Positions 20,469-30,913 are shown, counted from the stretch's first letter. The stretch: DNA of 64,000 bases from Minisyncoccota bacterium (GCA_043780835.1 JAYWCB010000010.1:2845-66844), one strand, 5' to 3'. Notes: generated by a model from the letters alone, not told the origin. Made by a program: numbers and translations.

Positions 20469-22703
20469 ATGAAAGACCGGGCAAAAGAGAAGTCTAAAAA
20501 AAATAACAAGAAGAAAACTGACGAGCTTCAATCCGCGGTGAGTGTGATTAGTAACGAGGCACTCCGTGGAGTGATCGCGATTTTTCTTTTTGCCATTTCA
20601 GGCTTTTTGATTTTGGCTCTTGCCGGTGTGGGGGGAACAGCAGGCGCATCGCTCTATCATGGTCTCTCGTGGCTTCTGGGCGTGGGTTATTTGCTGCTAC
20701 CACTCTCGATGATGATGCTCGCCATTCTTATTTTCCGCTCACTTGAGCGAAGTGTTTCGTGGGTCCACGTGATATCGATGGCAATATTTTTACTCTCGGC
20801 GCTCGGACTGATTTCGCTCGTGTATCCGATGGCCGGCGGTATTTTGGGAAATGCGATTTCTGCGCCGATTGTGTCTGCAGTGGACACGATCGCAACCGTT
20901 ATTTTTCTACTCGCATTTGTGATCATGGCACTCGTGGTCGCATTTGATATCCATCTGGGCGAAGTGGTGCGCTGGTTCAAAGGCTTGGTAGGGCCGCAGG
21001 CAATTCAAGACGGGCTTGTGCCTGTTGCACTTGAAGACGTGCCGGTAACAGGAATGACGATGGAGCCGGAGCACGATGAACCGGCACCTGAAGTGGCACC
21101 GAAACGAGAAAAGGAGCCGGAGATTAGAAAGTTTACCGATAAGGTTTCGGACGAAGGTGGGTTCCCTATTATTGCCGCAACCGGCAGCACCTACACGCCG
21201 CCGCCCGCATCGCTTCTGGCAAAAAATAAAGGCAAGCCCGAAGTCGGCGACGTGAAGGCCAACATGAACATCATTAAGCGCACGTTGCAGAATTTTGGTA
21301 TTCAAGTGGAAATGGATGAAGCATCCATCGGCCCGACCGTGACTCGCTACTCGATGAAACCGGCAGAAGGAGTTCGCTTGGCGAAGATCGTAGCGCTGCA
21401 GAGCAACTTGGAACTCGCACTCGCTGCATCCCCTGTGCGAATCGAGGCGCCTATTCCGGGTAAGTCGTTGGTCGGAATCGAAGTGCCGAATATTTCCCGC
21501 ACGACGCTCGGTATGGGTCCGATTATTTCGGACGAAGGCTTTACGGGTTCGGATAAATCGCTCCTGATCGCGCTTGGCCGCACGATAACCGGCACACCGC
21601 TGTTTGCGGACTTGGCGCGCATGCCGCACATGCTGGTCGCAGGTACAACCGGCGCCGGTAAATCTGCCACGATCAATGATTTCATTATCTCGTTACTCTA
21701 CCGCTGCGGACCGGAGAAGCTGCGGTTTATCATGGTTGACCCGAAACGGGTTGAACTTACCCTCTACAACCCGATCCCCCACTTGCTCACGCCGGTGATC
21801 ACCGACGCGAAGAAAGCAATCCTTGCACTCAAGTGGCTCGCAAAAGAAATGGAACGACGCTACAACATATTGGAAGCGGAGCGTGTGCGCGATATCGGTT
21901 CCTATCACGACACCATTCTAAAGCCTGCACTTGAACGTGGTCCGGTAGACGGAAAGCCTATGCCGGAAGCGATGCCCTATATCGTACTCATCATCGACGA
22001 ATTGGCGGATATTATGACGGCCTATCCACGAGAACTCGAAGGCGGTATCGTGCGTCTTGCACAGATGAGTCGTGCGGTGGGTATTCACCTCATTCTCTCC
22101 ACTCAGCGACCATCGGTGAAAGTTATTACGGGTTTGATTAAGGCAAACATCCCTGCACGTGTTGCGCTTCAGGTGTCGTCGCAAATCGATTCGCGCACTA
22201 TTTTGGACATGGGCGGAGCGGAAACACTTCTGGGTGCCGGCGACATGTTGTTCTTATCGGGCGAAATGTCGAAGCCGAGCCGTATACAAGCGCCGTATAT
22301 TTCCGAAGCAGAGGTAAAAAGCGTGGTTGCCTATATTGCCAAGCACAACGAACCTACCCTCGCGACCACGATCGATATGGCAGATAAGGTTGCCGGTGGG
22401 ACTGACGCAATATTCTCGTCGATGATCGGAAACGATAGCGAAGAGGACGATGACGCGCTCTACCCTCAGGCTAAGCAAACGGTCATTGAAGCCGGAAAGG
22501 CCTCTACATCGTACTTACAACGCAAACTCGGTGTCGGATACGCTCGTGCCGCAAAGCTCATCGACATTCTTGAAGAGCGCGGCGTGATCGGTCCGGCAGA
22601 CGGTGCCAAGCCGCGTGAAATCATCGGCGCCGGTAATGCTGATGAACTCGCCAGAGAACCGGCCGAGGGTCAGCTCATTGAAGAAGATCCGCGAGAGAAC
22701 TAG
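20469..22703 (+). CDS. ftsK: DNA translocase FtsK
   Basis: N-terminal TMs, PHMLVAGTTGAGKS, IIDELAD, TQRPS, gamma domain LQRKLGVGYARAA. Confidence 0.97.
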   Translation: MKDRAKEKSKKNNKKKTDELQSAVSVISNEALRGVIAIFLFAISGFLILALAGVGGTAGASLYHGLSWLLGVGYLLLPLSMMMLAILIFRSLERSVSWVHVISMAIFLLSALGLISLVYPMAGGILGNAISAPIVSAVDTIATVIFLLAFVIMALVVAFDIHLGEVVRWFKGLVGPQAIQDGLVPVALEDVPVTGMTMEPEHDEPAPEVAPKREKEPEIRKFTDKVSDEGGFPIIAATGSTYTPPPASLLAKNKGKPEVGDVKANMNIIKRTLQNFGIQVEMDEASIGPTVTRYSMKPAEGVRLAKIVALQSNLELALAASPVRIEAPIPGKSLVGIEVPNISRTTLGMGPIISDEGFTGSDKSLLIALGRTITGTPLFADLARMPHMLVAGTTGAGKSATINDFIISLLYRCGPEKLRFIMVDPKRVELTLYNPIPHLLTPVITDAKKAILALKWLAKEMERRYNILEAERVRDIGSYHDTILKPALERGPVDGKPMPEAMPYIVLIIDELADIMTAYPRELEGGIVRLAQMSRAVGIHLILSTQRPSVKVITGLIKANIPARVALQVSSQIDSRTILDMGGAETLLGAGDMLFLSGEMSKPSRIQAPYISEAEVKSVVAYIAKHNEPTLATTIDMADKVAGGTDAIFSSMIGNDSEEDDDALYPQAKQTVIEAGKASTSYLQRKLGVGYARAAKLIDILEERGVIGPADGAKPREIIGAGNADELAREPAEGQLIEEDPREN

Positions 22704-22714
22704 CGATGCCTCTA

Positions 22715-23002
22715 CACACGAAATGACCTTGTTATGTTCTACGTGTATGTACTCCAAAGTATGAAAGACAACAAGCTGTACACAGGCTACACAAACGATC
22801 TCAGGCGAAGATTCTCCGAACATAACCTCGGTCAGAACAAATCAACAAAACCTCGTGTCCCTCTCAAGTTACTGTATTACGAAGCATATTCATCGCAGAC
22901 TGATGCGCAGAATAGAGAACGCAACATAAAACATTCCGCAGGTGCCAGAACCGCCCTTAAACGTCGATTACCAGACAGTCTGCGATTAGGTCATTTCGTG
23001 TG
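22715..23002. mobile_element. Putative mini-element: GIY-YIG gene between 15-bp perfect inverted repeats
   Basis: cacacgaaatgacct (22715-22729) / aggtcatttcgtgtg (22988-23002). Confidence 0.6.
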
Positions 23003-23003
23003 A
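22734..23003 (+). CDS. Stand-alone GIY-YIG nuclease
   Basis: FYVYVL...LYTGYTNDLRRRFSEHN...STK...YYEAY...RE. Confidence 0.93.
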   Translation: MFYVYVLQSMKDNKLYTGYTNDLRRRFSEHNLGQNKSTKPRVPLKLLYYEAYSSQTDAQNRERNIKHSAGARTALKRRLPDSLRLGHFV

Positions 23004-23008
23004 CAGGT

Positions 23009-23392
23009 ATGCTCCCCTACCGTGACGGAAGAATTACTCGAATTACAATCATTCTTTTCTTTCTTCTGATAGCCGGGTACGCGTATTTTGAAGCGCGAGG
23101 CGTATTGTATGGCCCGACCATCCACGTGGTATCCGGTGTCACACAGGTAACCGATCCATTTATATCTATTCAAGGAAAAGCAGAGCGCATCGCGGATCTA
23201 TCCATGAACGGTCGTCCGATTTCGGTTACCGAGGACGGTGCGTTTAATGAGCCGTACCTGCTCGCGCCGGGACTCAATCGCATCATGCTTGATGCGACCG
23301 ATCGCTATGGCCGCACATCGCAGCAAATTGTGGAGGTGGTGTATACACCGAGCTCCACCGGAGTAAAACCCGCGGTCCCGAACGCAACTTAG
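23009..23392 (+). CDS. Membrane-anchored Ig-like domain protein
   Basis: N-terminal TM; LAPGLNRIMLDATDRYG. Confidence 0.7.
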   Translation: MLPYRDGRITRITIILFFLLIAGYAYFEARGVLYGPTIHVVSGVTQVTDPFISIQGKAERIADLSMNGRPISVTEDGAFNEPYLLAPGLNRIMLDATDRYGRTSQQIVEVVYTPSSTGVKPAVPNAT

Positions 23393-23526
23393 AGCCTTAT
23401 AAGCGCCTCCTCAAGCCTGCAACGCCCGTAGGTACACCGTGCGTGTTGCCCCAGGCACAGAGGCGGTCTGTATGAATACCTCATGGGGTATACTCAATGC
23501 ATTACCCCAAAACACACACGCACGAT

Positions 23527-24597
23527 ATGGCATTCGGAACGAAAAAGGTAAAAGCATTGAAAGAAACGGGTACGGGCACCGATAAAGACATAGAGCGGGC
23601 GCTCGCCGAAATAAAAACAAAGTTCGGCGACGACTCCATTATGATGTTGGGCGCAACGCCCAAAGTAGATGTAAACGCCATCCCCACCGGATCGATCGGC
23701 ATTGATTGGGCGCTCGGTATTGGCGGTATCCCCCGCGGGCGTATCATCGAAATTTTCGGTCCTGAAAGTTCGGGCAAGACAACGCTCTCGCTCCATGCAA
23801 TTGCAGAAGCGCAGAAAAAAGGCGGCATCTGCGCGTTTATCGATGCGGAACATGCACTTGATCCTGAGTACGCAAAGAAAATCGGCGTTGATATTGCATC
23901 GCTGCTCGTATCGCAGCCTGACACCGGCGAACAAGCGCTCGAAATCGTGGAAAGTCTCGTGCGCTCGGGAAAAATCGATATCATCGTTATCGACTCCGTT
24001 GCAGCCCTCACCCCAAAGGATGAAATTGAGGGTGATATGGGTCAATCGCACGTGGGTAAGCAAGCGCGTCTTATGTCTCAGGCACTCCGCAAGCTGACTG
24101 CGATCGTGAGTAAAACAAAGACGGTTGTCATATTCATTAACCAGATCCGTATGCAAATCGGCGTTATGTTTGGCAACCCTGAAACAACGACCGGCGGTAA
24201 GGCGCTTAAATTTTATACCTCGGTTCGTATTGATATTCGTCGTATCGCACAGATCAAGAAAGGTGACGAAACCATGGGCGGGCGGCATCGTGTGAAGATC
24301 GTAAAGAACAAAGTGGCGGCACCTTTCCGCGCGGTTGAATTTGATATGTTGTACGGCGAAGGGATTTCACGCGAGGGCGAAGCACTCGCACTCGGCGAAA
24401 AGCTGGGCTTGCTCGAAAAATCATCGGGCGGTTCGTATGCCATTGGCGAGATAAAACTCGGGCGCGGCTATGACGCTGCCCGTACGTACCTGCGTGAGAA
24501 TAAGACCGTATTGAACGAGCTCCTCAAAAACATCAAAAAACAACTCAACGAGCACGGCATGAGTTCGAAGAGCTCGGGTGGAAGCGCAGACGAATAA
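23527..24597 (+). CDS. recA: Recombinase A
   Basis: [31 protein letters not shown]. Confidence 0.99.
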   Translation: MAFGTKKVKALKETGTGTDKDIERALAEIKTKFGDDSIMMLGATPKVDVNAIPTGSIGIDWALGIGGIPRGRIIEIFGPESSGKTTLSLHAIAEAQKKGGICAFIDAEHALDPEYAKKIGVDIASLLVSQPDTGEQALEIVESLVRSGKIDIIVIDSVAALTPKDEIEGDMGQSHVGKQARLMSQALRKLTAIVSKTKTVVIFINQIRMQIGVMFGNPETTTGGKALKFYTSVRIDIRRIAQIKKGDETMGGRHRVKIVKNKVAAPFRAVEFDMLYGEGISREGEALALGEKLGLLEKSSGGSYAIGEIKLGRGYDAARTYLRENKTVLNELLKNIKKQLNEHGMSSKSSGGSADE

Positions 24598-24613
24598 ACG
24601 AAAGCGAGCAATT

Positions 24614-24937
24614 CTATACGAAGAATAAAGACCCCACGCTCTCGCGTGGGGTCGTGTCGTGTGGCAAGGGTATTCCCCTCCCCGGTCCGGGACCGCGTCT
24701 TGTGGATGTGTACATGCGAATCAGAATCGAAACTACCGCACAGAGGAACGTGATGCCGCAGGTAAATGCAGCAAGGAACATCCAAAATAGATAGATTGTT
24801 CCGGGGTCCTCAAAAGTGGAGCAGAGCGCAAACAGTAGAAACAAAGTCCCGAATGCTGCAGCAACGATACAATCGCTGAGATACGGTGATCCGCGATGAA
24901 ACAAAATTCTCATGTTCATCCTCCGATGATTGTCCAA
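24614..24937 (-). CDS. Small membrane protein (start uncertain)
   Basis: Two hydrophobic segments. Confidence 0.4.
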   Translation of the reverse strand: MDNHRRMNMRILFHRGSPYLSDCIVAAAFGTLFLLFALCSTFEDPGTIYLFWMFLAAFTCGITFLCAVVSILIRMYTSTRRGPGPGRGIPLPHDTTPRESVGSLFFV

Positions 24938-25001
24938 AAGCAGCCTACACTATGTCGTGCCGAGTGGACAATACTCATTATTTGGCTAGAATACGCGCAC
25001 T

Positions 25002-25574
25002 ATGGCAATGCTCGCATACAACGAAGTGCTCCCTAAGCGGATCATTATCATCGACGATGAACCCTACGAAGTGCTTTCTGCGTGGGTTTTTCGCAAGCAG
25101 CAGCGCAAGCCGGTCAACCAGGTGAAAATGCGCAATCTCAAGTCGGGCTCAATGGCCGAACACACCTTCCATGTTTCCGATAAAGTAGAGGAAGCCGATG
25201 TGGAAAATCGCGTGGCGATGTTTATTTACGAGCGCAACGGCGAATGGTTCTTTCATGAATCAAAAGACAAATCAAAGCGCTTTACCCTCTCAGCGGAGCG
25301 TATCGGTGATGAGAGCAAATGGCTCAAGCCCAACACTGATGTCGATGTGAAATGGTTCGACGGTGAGCCCATTCAAGTGAAAATCCCGATCAAGGTGGAT
25401 CTCAAGGTGACTGAGGCACCACCAAATACGCGCGGCAATACCGCGCAGGGCGGCAACAAGCTTGTGCAGCTTGAAACAGGTGCTGCGATTACTGTACCGA
25501 TGTTCGTAGAGACCGGCGACATCATTCGAATCAATACAGAAACGGGAGACTACGTCGAGCGGGTAACTAAATAA
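25002..25574 (+). CDS. efp: Elongation factor P
   Basis: RGNTAQGGNKLVQLETGA...VPMFVETGDIIRINTETGDYVER. Confidence 0.95.
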   Translation: MAMLAYNEVLPKRIIIIDDEPYEVLSAWVFRKQQRKPVNQVKMRNLKSGSMAEHTFHVSDKVEEADVENRVAMFIYERNGEWFFHESKDKSKRFTLSAERIGDESKWLKPNTDVDVKWFDGEPIQVKIPIKVDLKVTEAPPNTRGNTAQGGNKLVQLETGAAITVPMFVETGDIIRINTETGDYVERVTK

Positions 25575-25617
25575 TGCACATCTTCATACACGGAGCGAGG
25601 GCCTCGTTCGTGCTTTA

Positions 25618-26199
25618 ATGGTCTACATGCCAAACTCTACATCGCAAAATAAATTCCAGAGAGAATCGTGGTGGCCTACAATCGGCGCAATTGTATTGCT
25701 CATCATTATCGTAATTCTTGGCGCGTTTTCGTATCAGTCCTACGCACACAACGTGGAGCTCTCAGCTGAAAACGGCGGATTGCATTCTCGTATGAGTCAG
25801 CTGACGGCGGACAAGGACACGCTCACTACCCAAATCGCCGAGTCGATCAAAGAAATAGCAAAATTGAAATGCTTGGGTGTATGGAACGGCGAAGCCTGTG
25901 TTGCGCCGAAAGTCTCAATAGTCGCTGAGCCGGCATCGGGCAAATCTCCGCTTGCTGTTGTATTGAAGGTTCGTGCACCTCACTCCAAATATGCTATCGA
26001 TTTTGGTGATGGCTCAGCGACAGTCGCGAGCTTGGGCGCAGAATGCACACCTGACATTGAGAAACTTTGTACGTTTACGATCAAGCATATGTACAAATTC
26101 TCGAACGCCACGAGCAGTACATTCGTAGCAAAGATTACGTCTGAAGGAAAAACTGACGCTTCAACTGAAATCAAACTGACGGATAAACACGTCGAATAA
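25618..26199 (+). CDS. Membrane-anchored coiled-coil plus PKD-like protein
   Basis: TM, coiled coil, PASGKSPLAV...IDFGDG. Confidence 0.65.
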   Translation: MVYMPNSTSQNKFQRESWWPTIGAIVLLIIIVILGAFSYQSYAHNVELSAENGGLHSRMSQLTADKDTLTTQIAESIKEIAKLKCLGVWNGEACVAPKVSIVAEPASGKSPLAVVLKVRAPHSKYAIDFGDGSATVASLGAECTPDIEKLCTFTIKHMYKFSNATSSTFVAKITSEGKTDASTEIKLTDKHVE

Positions 26200-26222
26200 G
26201 AAACGCGTTCTCATTCAAAAGG

Positions 26223-26433
26223 AAAAACCGGCTTTCGCCGGTTTTTTTATTTTTGGATGTACGGAAGCACCCCACGTGTCGGCTTGCTACTGCAAGCCGC
26301 ACGCAGGCCCCATCTCGCGATCCCATTCGCCGTCGCGAATGGGCCCCACGCTCCGATTCCTTCTGTCTTCATTCAAACACTTTGTGTTTGCGAAATAAAA
26401 AAAGCCCGGTTGGGACCGGGCTTTTTTTATTTC
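26223..26433. repeat. Fold-back unit duplicating the rpsR 3' end
   Basis: Recoded GVLPYIQK* copy at 26247-26273 (180-bp offset); inverted copy 26359-26376; TACT- and CGTC-loop hairpins. Confidence 0.75.
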
Positions 26434-26624
26434 TGAATGTAAGGCAGAAGGCCCATAAATCGCGCGCGCTTGACCGCCGCTTCTACAGCTCGCTGCTGCT
26501 TTGCTGTAAGGCCCGTTCGCTTGCGACCCATTACGCGACCGTGTGGATTGACGAATTGCTTGAGCAAATCGATATCCTTGTAGTCGACGTGTTGGATGTC
26601 ATTCTGTGTCAAAATGTTTGCCAT
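26427..26624 (-). CDS. rpsR: 30S ribosomal protein S18
   Basis: DYKDIDLLKQF...AVKRARFMGLLPY. Confidence 0.97.
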   Translation of the reverse strand: MANILTQNDIQHVDYKDIDLLKQFVNPHGRVMGRKRTGLTAKQQRAVEAAVKRARFMGLLPYIQK

Positions 26625-26810
26625 ATCTTAGAGATTCTTAGTGAGCCTTGCGAGCTTAGAAGCTCTTAGACCCGTACACTTTTTTCTTACACTCGTACTT
26701 GTACCATGTACACATCTTTGGTTCAAGTGAATGTAGATTATGTGTATTTATAAGCGAATGTTGGAAAAAGTGGCCGGGTTAAGAATTTGTAATCGCTGCG
26801 CTCAACAATT

Positions 26811-27269
26811 CTAAAACGGAATGTCGTCCGGATTAATATCATCTTTCGGGTAATCAATACCAGGTCCGGCTGATGGTATAGGCGCCTCGTCCATGTCGTC
26901 TGACTGCTGACGAGAACCACCTGCGCTCCCACCCCCTCCACCTGAGGCTCGCGGACCAAATTGAACGGCGTCTGCAATCACTTCGGTGCGATATTTCTTT
27001 TCGCCGTTTTGCTCCCAACTGCGGGTTTGCATGCGACCTTCGACATATACCGAGCTACCCTTCTTGAGGTACTGATTGACCGTATCGGCAGTGCGACCGA
27101 AGACGACGACATTGTGGAAGTCGGTTTGCTCTTGCTTTTTGCCGTCGCGGTCTTTATAGGTGCGGTTCGTGGCAACGGAAAAATTGCACACATTCATGCC
27201 GCTCGGCAGCGCTCGCAATTCAGGATCGCGCGTCAAATTGCCGAAAAGCATTGCCTTATTGAGATACAT
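26811..27269 (-). CDS. ssb: Single-stranded DNA-binding protein
   Basis: LNKAMLFGNLTRDPELR; C-terminal DDIPF. Confidence 0.98.
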   Translation of the reverse strand: MYLNKAMLFGNLTRDPELRALPSGMNVCNFSVATNRTYKDRDGKKQEQTDFHNVVVFGRTADTVNQYLKKGSSVYVEGRMQTRSWEQNGEKKYRTEVIADAVQFGPRASGGGGGSAGGSRQQSDDMDEAPIPSAGPGIDYPKDDINPDDIPF

Positions 27270-27275
27270 AGATTG

Positions 27276-27791
27276 TTAGTCGGTGGTGATATCCGAGAGC
27301 GCCTTGTCGAGATCTTCTTCTGAAACAGGAGCGCTTTCCTCGTCAGGGCGTCGGGCAGTGGTCTTGATAGTGTCTGTTCGCTTCACTTCACGAAGCGTCG
27401 GTGCCTTGATACGAGCACGTGTTTCCTCACGAACAGTACGGAACACGATGTGGCGGAGAATGCTTTTGTGTGCCTTGAGCATGTCCTCGAGCGAGAGAGC
27501 ACTCCCCACAACGGCCTCAAATTTAATCCAGCCGAAGTATCCGCGGTCCTGCGACGCCCACTTGTCGCCTTCGCGAGAGTTCATGTCGTAGGCGAGCTTG
27601 GTCAAGACTGGTGCACCTTCGGCAATGAACGAGCCGCCCTGCTTTTCGATAAAAGCACGGATTTCGCCGACGACTTTATCGACGTTTTCTTCGGCAACGG
27701 TCGAAATGACATGGTAGCCGACCTCGTAAATACGGGTGGCTGCCGCGTCTTCTGCGGTGGTATCAACTGTCTTCACTGTTTCTTCGGCCAT
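27276..27791 (-). CDS. rpsF: 30S ribosomal protein S6
   Basis: YEVGYHV...KLAY...GYFGWIKF; rpsF-ssb-rpsR order. Confidence 0.9.
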   Translation of the reverse strand: MAEETVKTVDTTAEDAAATRIYEVGYHVISTVAEENVDKVVGEIRAFIEKQGGSFIAEGAPVLTKLAYDMNSREGDKWASQDRGYFGWIKFEAVVGSALSLEDMLKAHKSILRHIVFRTVREETRARIKAPTLREVKRTDTIKTTARRPDEESAPVSEEDLDKALSDITTD

Positions 27792-27837
27792 ATCTTTAGT
27801 CGGCGTACTGTAGCACATTTAAGCCGTGAATCGCAAG

Positions 27838-27906
27838 GCCCGTTAGAGAACGCCCCGCCACGGGCGCGGCTTCAGCCGTTTTGAGGGCGACTTTTCTCTA
27901 ACGGGC
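27838..27906. mobile_element. Miniature inverted-repeat element, copy 1 (69 bp)
   Basis: 13-bp TIR gcccgttagagaa/ttctctaacgggc; 4-bp direct repeat CAAG at 27834-37 and 27907-10. Confidence 0.8.
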
Positions 27907-27958
27907 CAAGTCCCGGCCCGTAGCATGGGCTTTTTTTGGTCTTACACTTAAGGCGGGT

Positions 27959-28456
27959 TTACAGTGTAATGAGGGTCTTGAAATTGCCGCGGAAACCTTG
28001 CCCTTCTCCACTCGACTCCTGCTGTTCGCCATGTTTCAAAACAAACGTGCCGTTTTCGTTAAAAATGCCGATTTCGTCTCCAGATCCAGCAAACCAACAT
28101 AATGCCCCGGATACCTCACCGTCGCTCAGTGTGCCGTTTGAACCGTCTATTTCGGTACAGCTCCCCTGATACGTGCCTGCATCGTGGCTTTTGCCATCCC
28201 AGGTCACGGTAACCCGCGTCTTTGGAGCGTCACTCGGTTTCGATGCGGCATTGCTTACAGGAGTGAACTTCCATGTAACTGCATGCTTTGCGACCGATGC
28301 ACTCGTGGATGCATCTGCTATCGGTCGTGTGTTTGCATTATCAGCCGCATAGGTCGGCAGCTGCTGTTGTTTGAACGCGGCGTTGTTGCCGTAGCCAGCG
28401 TATATACCCCCCGCTACGAGAATAAGGACCGCCGCGATGAGGATATTTTTATTCAT
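27959..28456 (-). CDS. Secreted/anchored hypothetical protein
   Basis: N-terminal hydrophobic segment; two Cys. Confidence 0.7.
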   Translation of the reverse strand: MNKNILIAAVLILVAGGIYAGYGNNAAFKQQQLPTYAADNANTRPIADASTSASVAKHAVTWKFTPVSNAASKPSDAPKTRVTVTWDGKSHDAGTYQGSCTEIDGSNGTLSDGEVSGALCWFAGSGDEIGIFNENGTFVLKHGEQQESSGEGQGFRGNFKTLITL

Positions 28457-28539
28457 ACCTGAATACTAAAGACATGCGCGTCAATTGCAAGGTAACAAAA
28501 AGACCGGCTGCCTCCTTCGGCAACCGGTCTAAAACAATG

Positions 28540-29784
28540 TTACGCAGCGTTCGTCTGTGGATGCGCTTCGCGATGTGCAATCTCAGCACAAAGCGCGAGC
28601 ACGTGAGCTGCACGACGTACATCTTCCACGCGCGGCGAGGTGGGTGCGACTCTTATATGCCGATTCATCGGATCGTTTCCGAGCGGAAACGCAGCTCCTG
28701 CAGGAGTCAGTTTCAGGCCGACACCAGTGGCAAGCTCAACAACACGCTGCGCACTACCTGTGTTCATTTCGAACGAAATGAAATATCCGCCTTCCGGCCT
28801 GCTCCACGTCGCGATCCCCTTGCCGGCGAGTCCTTTTTCGAGCTCTACGTACACCGCCTTGAACTTAGGTTCGAGGATCCGGCGATGGCGGTTCATATGT
28901 GCCTTGATGCCTGTGAGGTTCTTGAGGAAACGCACGTGCTGCATCTGCCGGAGCTTATCGGGTCCGATAGTCTGCAGCGCGAGCCGCTTGCGGTACCACG
29001 CGATATTATCTGCGCTCGATGCAAGCATTGAGATCGCGGCACTCGGGAACGTGACCTTTGAGAACGATCCGAACATCCACATACGGTCTTCGCGTCGTGC
29101 AAGTCGTGCAAACAACATCACGTCTTGCGCCGGATGGCGCAATCCAACGAGATCGTGGTGGGCGTACGCATTATCCCAGAAAACCCGGAATCGAGACGAC
29201 GCTTTCATGGTGGCGATCGCACGCGTTGTTGCGCGCGAATAGGTAATGCCAGTTGGATTCGAGAACTTCGGCATGCACCACATACCTACAATCGACGGAT
29301 CGCGTGCGACGTACGAACGCACAATCTCCATGTCGGGACCATTCTCATCGTGCAGCACCGGAATCATTTCAATGTCGTTGTCCTCGCAGATCTTGAAGTG
29401 TCGATCGTAGCCGGGTACAGGGCAGATGAAGCGGAGCTTTCCGTTCCATCCTCCATGCAACCTCATCTGCACAATGCAGTCGTGCATGATGTTGAGACTC
29501 GAATTTCCGAGCACAAGCGTATTTTTCGCATTGGTTCCGAGGTACTGGGCTGCAAGCTTTCGCGCTTCAGGTAATCCGTCGGGATACCCGTAGTTCAAAA
29601 GATTCATTCCATACTCCGAATCCGTACACGGATCATCAAGCATTTTGAGCGAGAGCGCAATCTGCTCGTCCGAGGGTTTTCCCCTTGTCATATCCAAATC
29701 TAACTTATCGGCCTTCAGGAGGTCATAGCGGGCGCGGAGTGCCGCCATATACTGCGCATTCGGACCGTTTGGGGTATCAAGCAT
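28540..29784 (-). CDS. PLP-dependent class I aminotransferase
   Basis: LDMTRGKPS, CPVPGYDRHF, SNPTG, WDNAY, SFSK. Confidence 0.88.
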   Translation of the reverse strand: MLDTPNGPNAQYMAALRARYDLLKADKLDLDMTRGKPSDEQIALSLKMLDDPCTDSEYGMNLLNYGYPDGLPEARKLAAQYLGTNAKNTLVLGNSSLNIMHDCIVQMRLHGGWNGKLRFICPVPGYDRHFKICEDNDIEMIPVLHDENGPDMEIVRSYVARDPSIVGMWCMPKFSNPTGITYSRATTRAIATMKASSRFRVFWDNAYAHHDLVGLRHPAQDVMLFARLARREDRMWMFGSFSKVTFPSAAISMLASSADNIAWYRKRLALQTIGPDKLRQMQHVRFLKNLTGIKAHMNRHRRILEPKFKAVYVELEKGLAGKGIATWSRPEGGYFISFEMNTGSAQRVVELATGVGLKLTPAGAAFPLGNDPMNRHIRVAPTSPRVEDVRRAAHVLALCAEIAHREAHPQTNAA

Positions 29785-29860
29785 CGTGGAACTCCTCATA
29801 TTTCGACACATTGTCGTTGCCTACCCTGAACAAACCATAGTTGGCCATGTGTGTAAAGAA

Positions 29861-30673
29861 TCAGATATTGAACACACGTCTCGCATTGTGCAGCAATTGT
29901 TCGCGCACAACCTCCTCATCTTCTCCGCGAATACCGGCGATCGCTTTTACGATATAGGGTACATATGACGATTCGTTTCGCTTCCCGCGATATGGAACGG
30001 GCGTAATGTAGGGCGCATCAGTTTCCGACAGGAGCATGTCGAGCGGCGTGTTTTTTACGACCTCATCGTAATCGTGCGTAAATGTAACGACGCCAGTAAA
30101 CGAAAGTGTGAATCCGATGTCGAGGAATTTCTTTGCCGTTTCCCAGTCGCCGGCAAAGAAATGTACGTCGCCCAATACCTTGGTGTGTGCCCTCAATACT
30201 TCGAGTGCATCGTCGTACGCATTGCGAATATGGAGCATGAGCGGTTTCTGCAAACGGTTTGCAAGATCGATCTGTTCGATAAACGTTTTGATCTGCACAT
30301 CCTTGGTATCTTCTTCCACACGGTAGTAATCGAGGCCGCATTCTCCGATTGCAATGACACGAGGCGATTGCGCGAGAGCTTCGTATGCCGCAGTGTCGAA
30401 TTGCTCCCCTCGAGAAGTGAACTCCTTGCCGCCTTCCCCAAGTTCTTTTTCATCGTGATACGACTTTGCAGTGTGCACCGGATGGAGTCCGATGGTGGCA
30501 TAGATGTGATCGTGCGCTTCGGCGAGCGCAACCGCTTCGCGTGAGGTGTCGAGCTGAGTACCAACCACGTTCATCCCGACACCGACATCGAGCGCTCGTT
30601 GAATCACCTCGTCGCGATCGTCCTTGTACGCGATGAAATTAACGTGCGTATGCGCATCAAAATATTTCATCAT
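29861..30673 (-). CDS. tatD: TatD family DNase
   Basis: DAHTH, GLHP, AIGECGLDY, ETDAPY. Confidence 0.93.
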   Translation of the reverse strand: MMKYFDAHTHVNFIAYKDDRDEVIQRALDVGVGMNVVGTQLDTSREAVALAEAHDHIYATIGLHPVHTAKSYHDEKELGEGGKEFTSRGEQFDTAAYEALAQSPRVIAIGECGLDYYRVEEDTKDVQIKTFIEQIDLANRLQKPLMLHIRNAYDDALEVLRAHTKVLGDVHFFAGDWETAKKFLDIGFTLSFTGVVTFTHDYDEVVKNTPLDMLLSETDAPYITPVPYRGKRNESSYVPYIVKAIAGIRGEDEEVVREQLLHNARRVFNI

Positions 30674-30679
30674 GATGGA

Positions 30680-30913
30680 TCAATATGTATTTTCATCTCT
30701 GCGCCGGACGTCGATAATAACGTTCTGACCGCCGAGTCTGCGAAAAATAACACGGACTTTCCCGACGCGCACTCGGTATTCGTCTTTTCTACCTTTTAAT
30801 TTCTTACAATCCAGGTCCATTACCTCTCCTGAGATGATGTCACGCATAATAGGGATGAGGCCCTCACGCTCCTTTCTTGAAACTTTCAGGAGAAATTTAC
30901 TTACCTTGTCCAT
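30680..30913 (-). CDS. RelE/ParE-family toxin
   Basis: KKLKG...YRVRVGKVRVIF; overlaps the antitoxin stop. Confidence 0.8.
   Translation of the reverse strand: MDKVSKFLLKVSRKEREGLIPIMRDIISGEVMDLDCKKLKGRKDEYRVRVGKVRVIFRRLGGQNVIIDVRRRDENTY

Noticed and set aside
20907-24288. Long antisense ORFs over ftsK and recA (similar ones over tmk and aaRS genes)
   Set aside because: Shadow frames of conserved genes, with no motifs of their own
26250-26370. Intron-containing or pseudo-tRNA
   Set aside because: Has a T-loop-like CGATTCC but no D or anticodon arms; better explained as a fold-back unit
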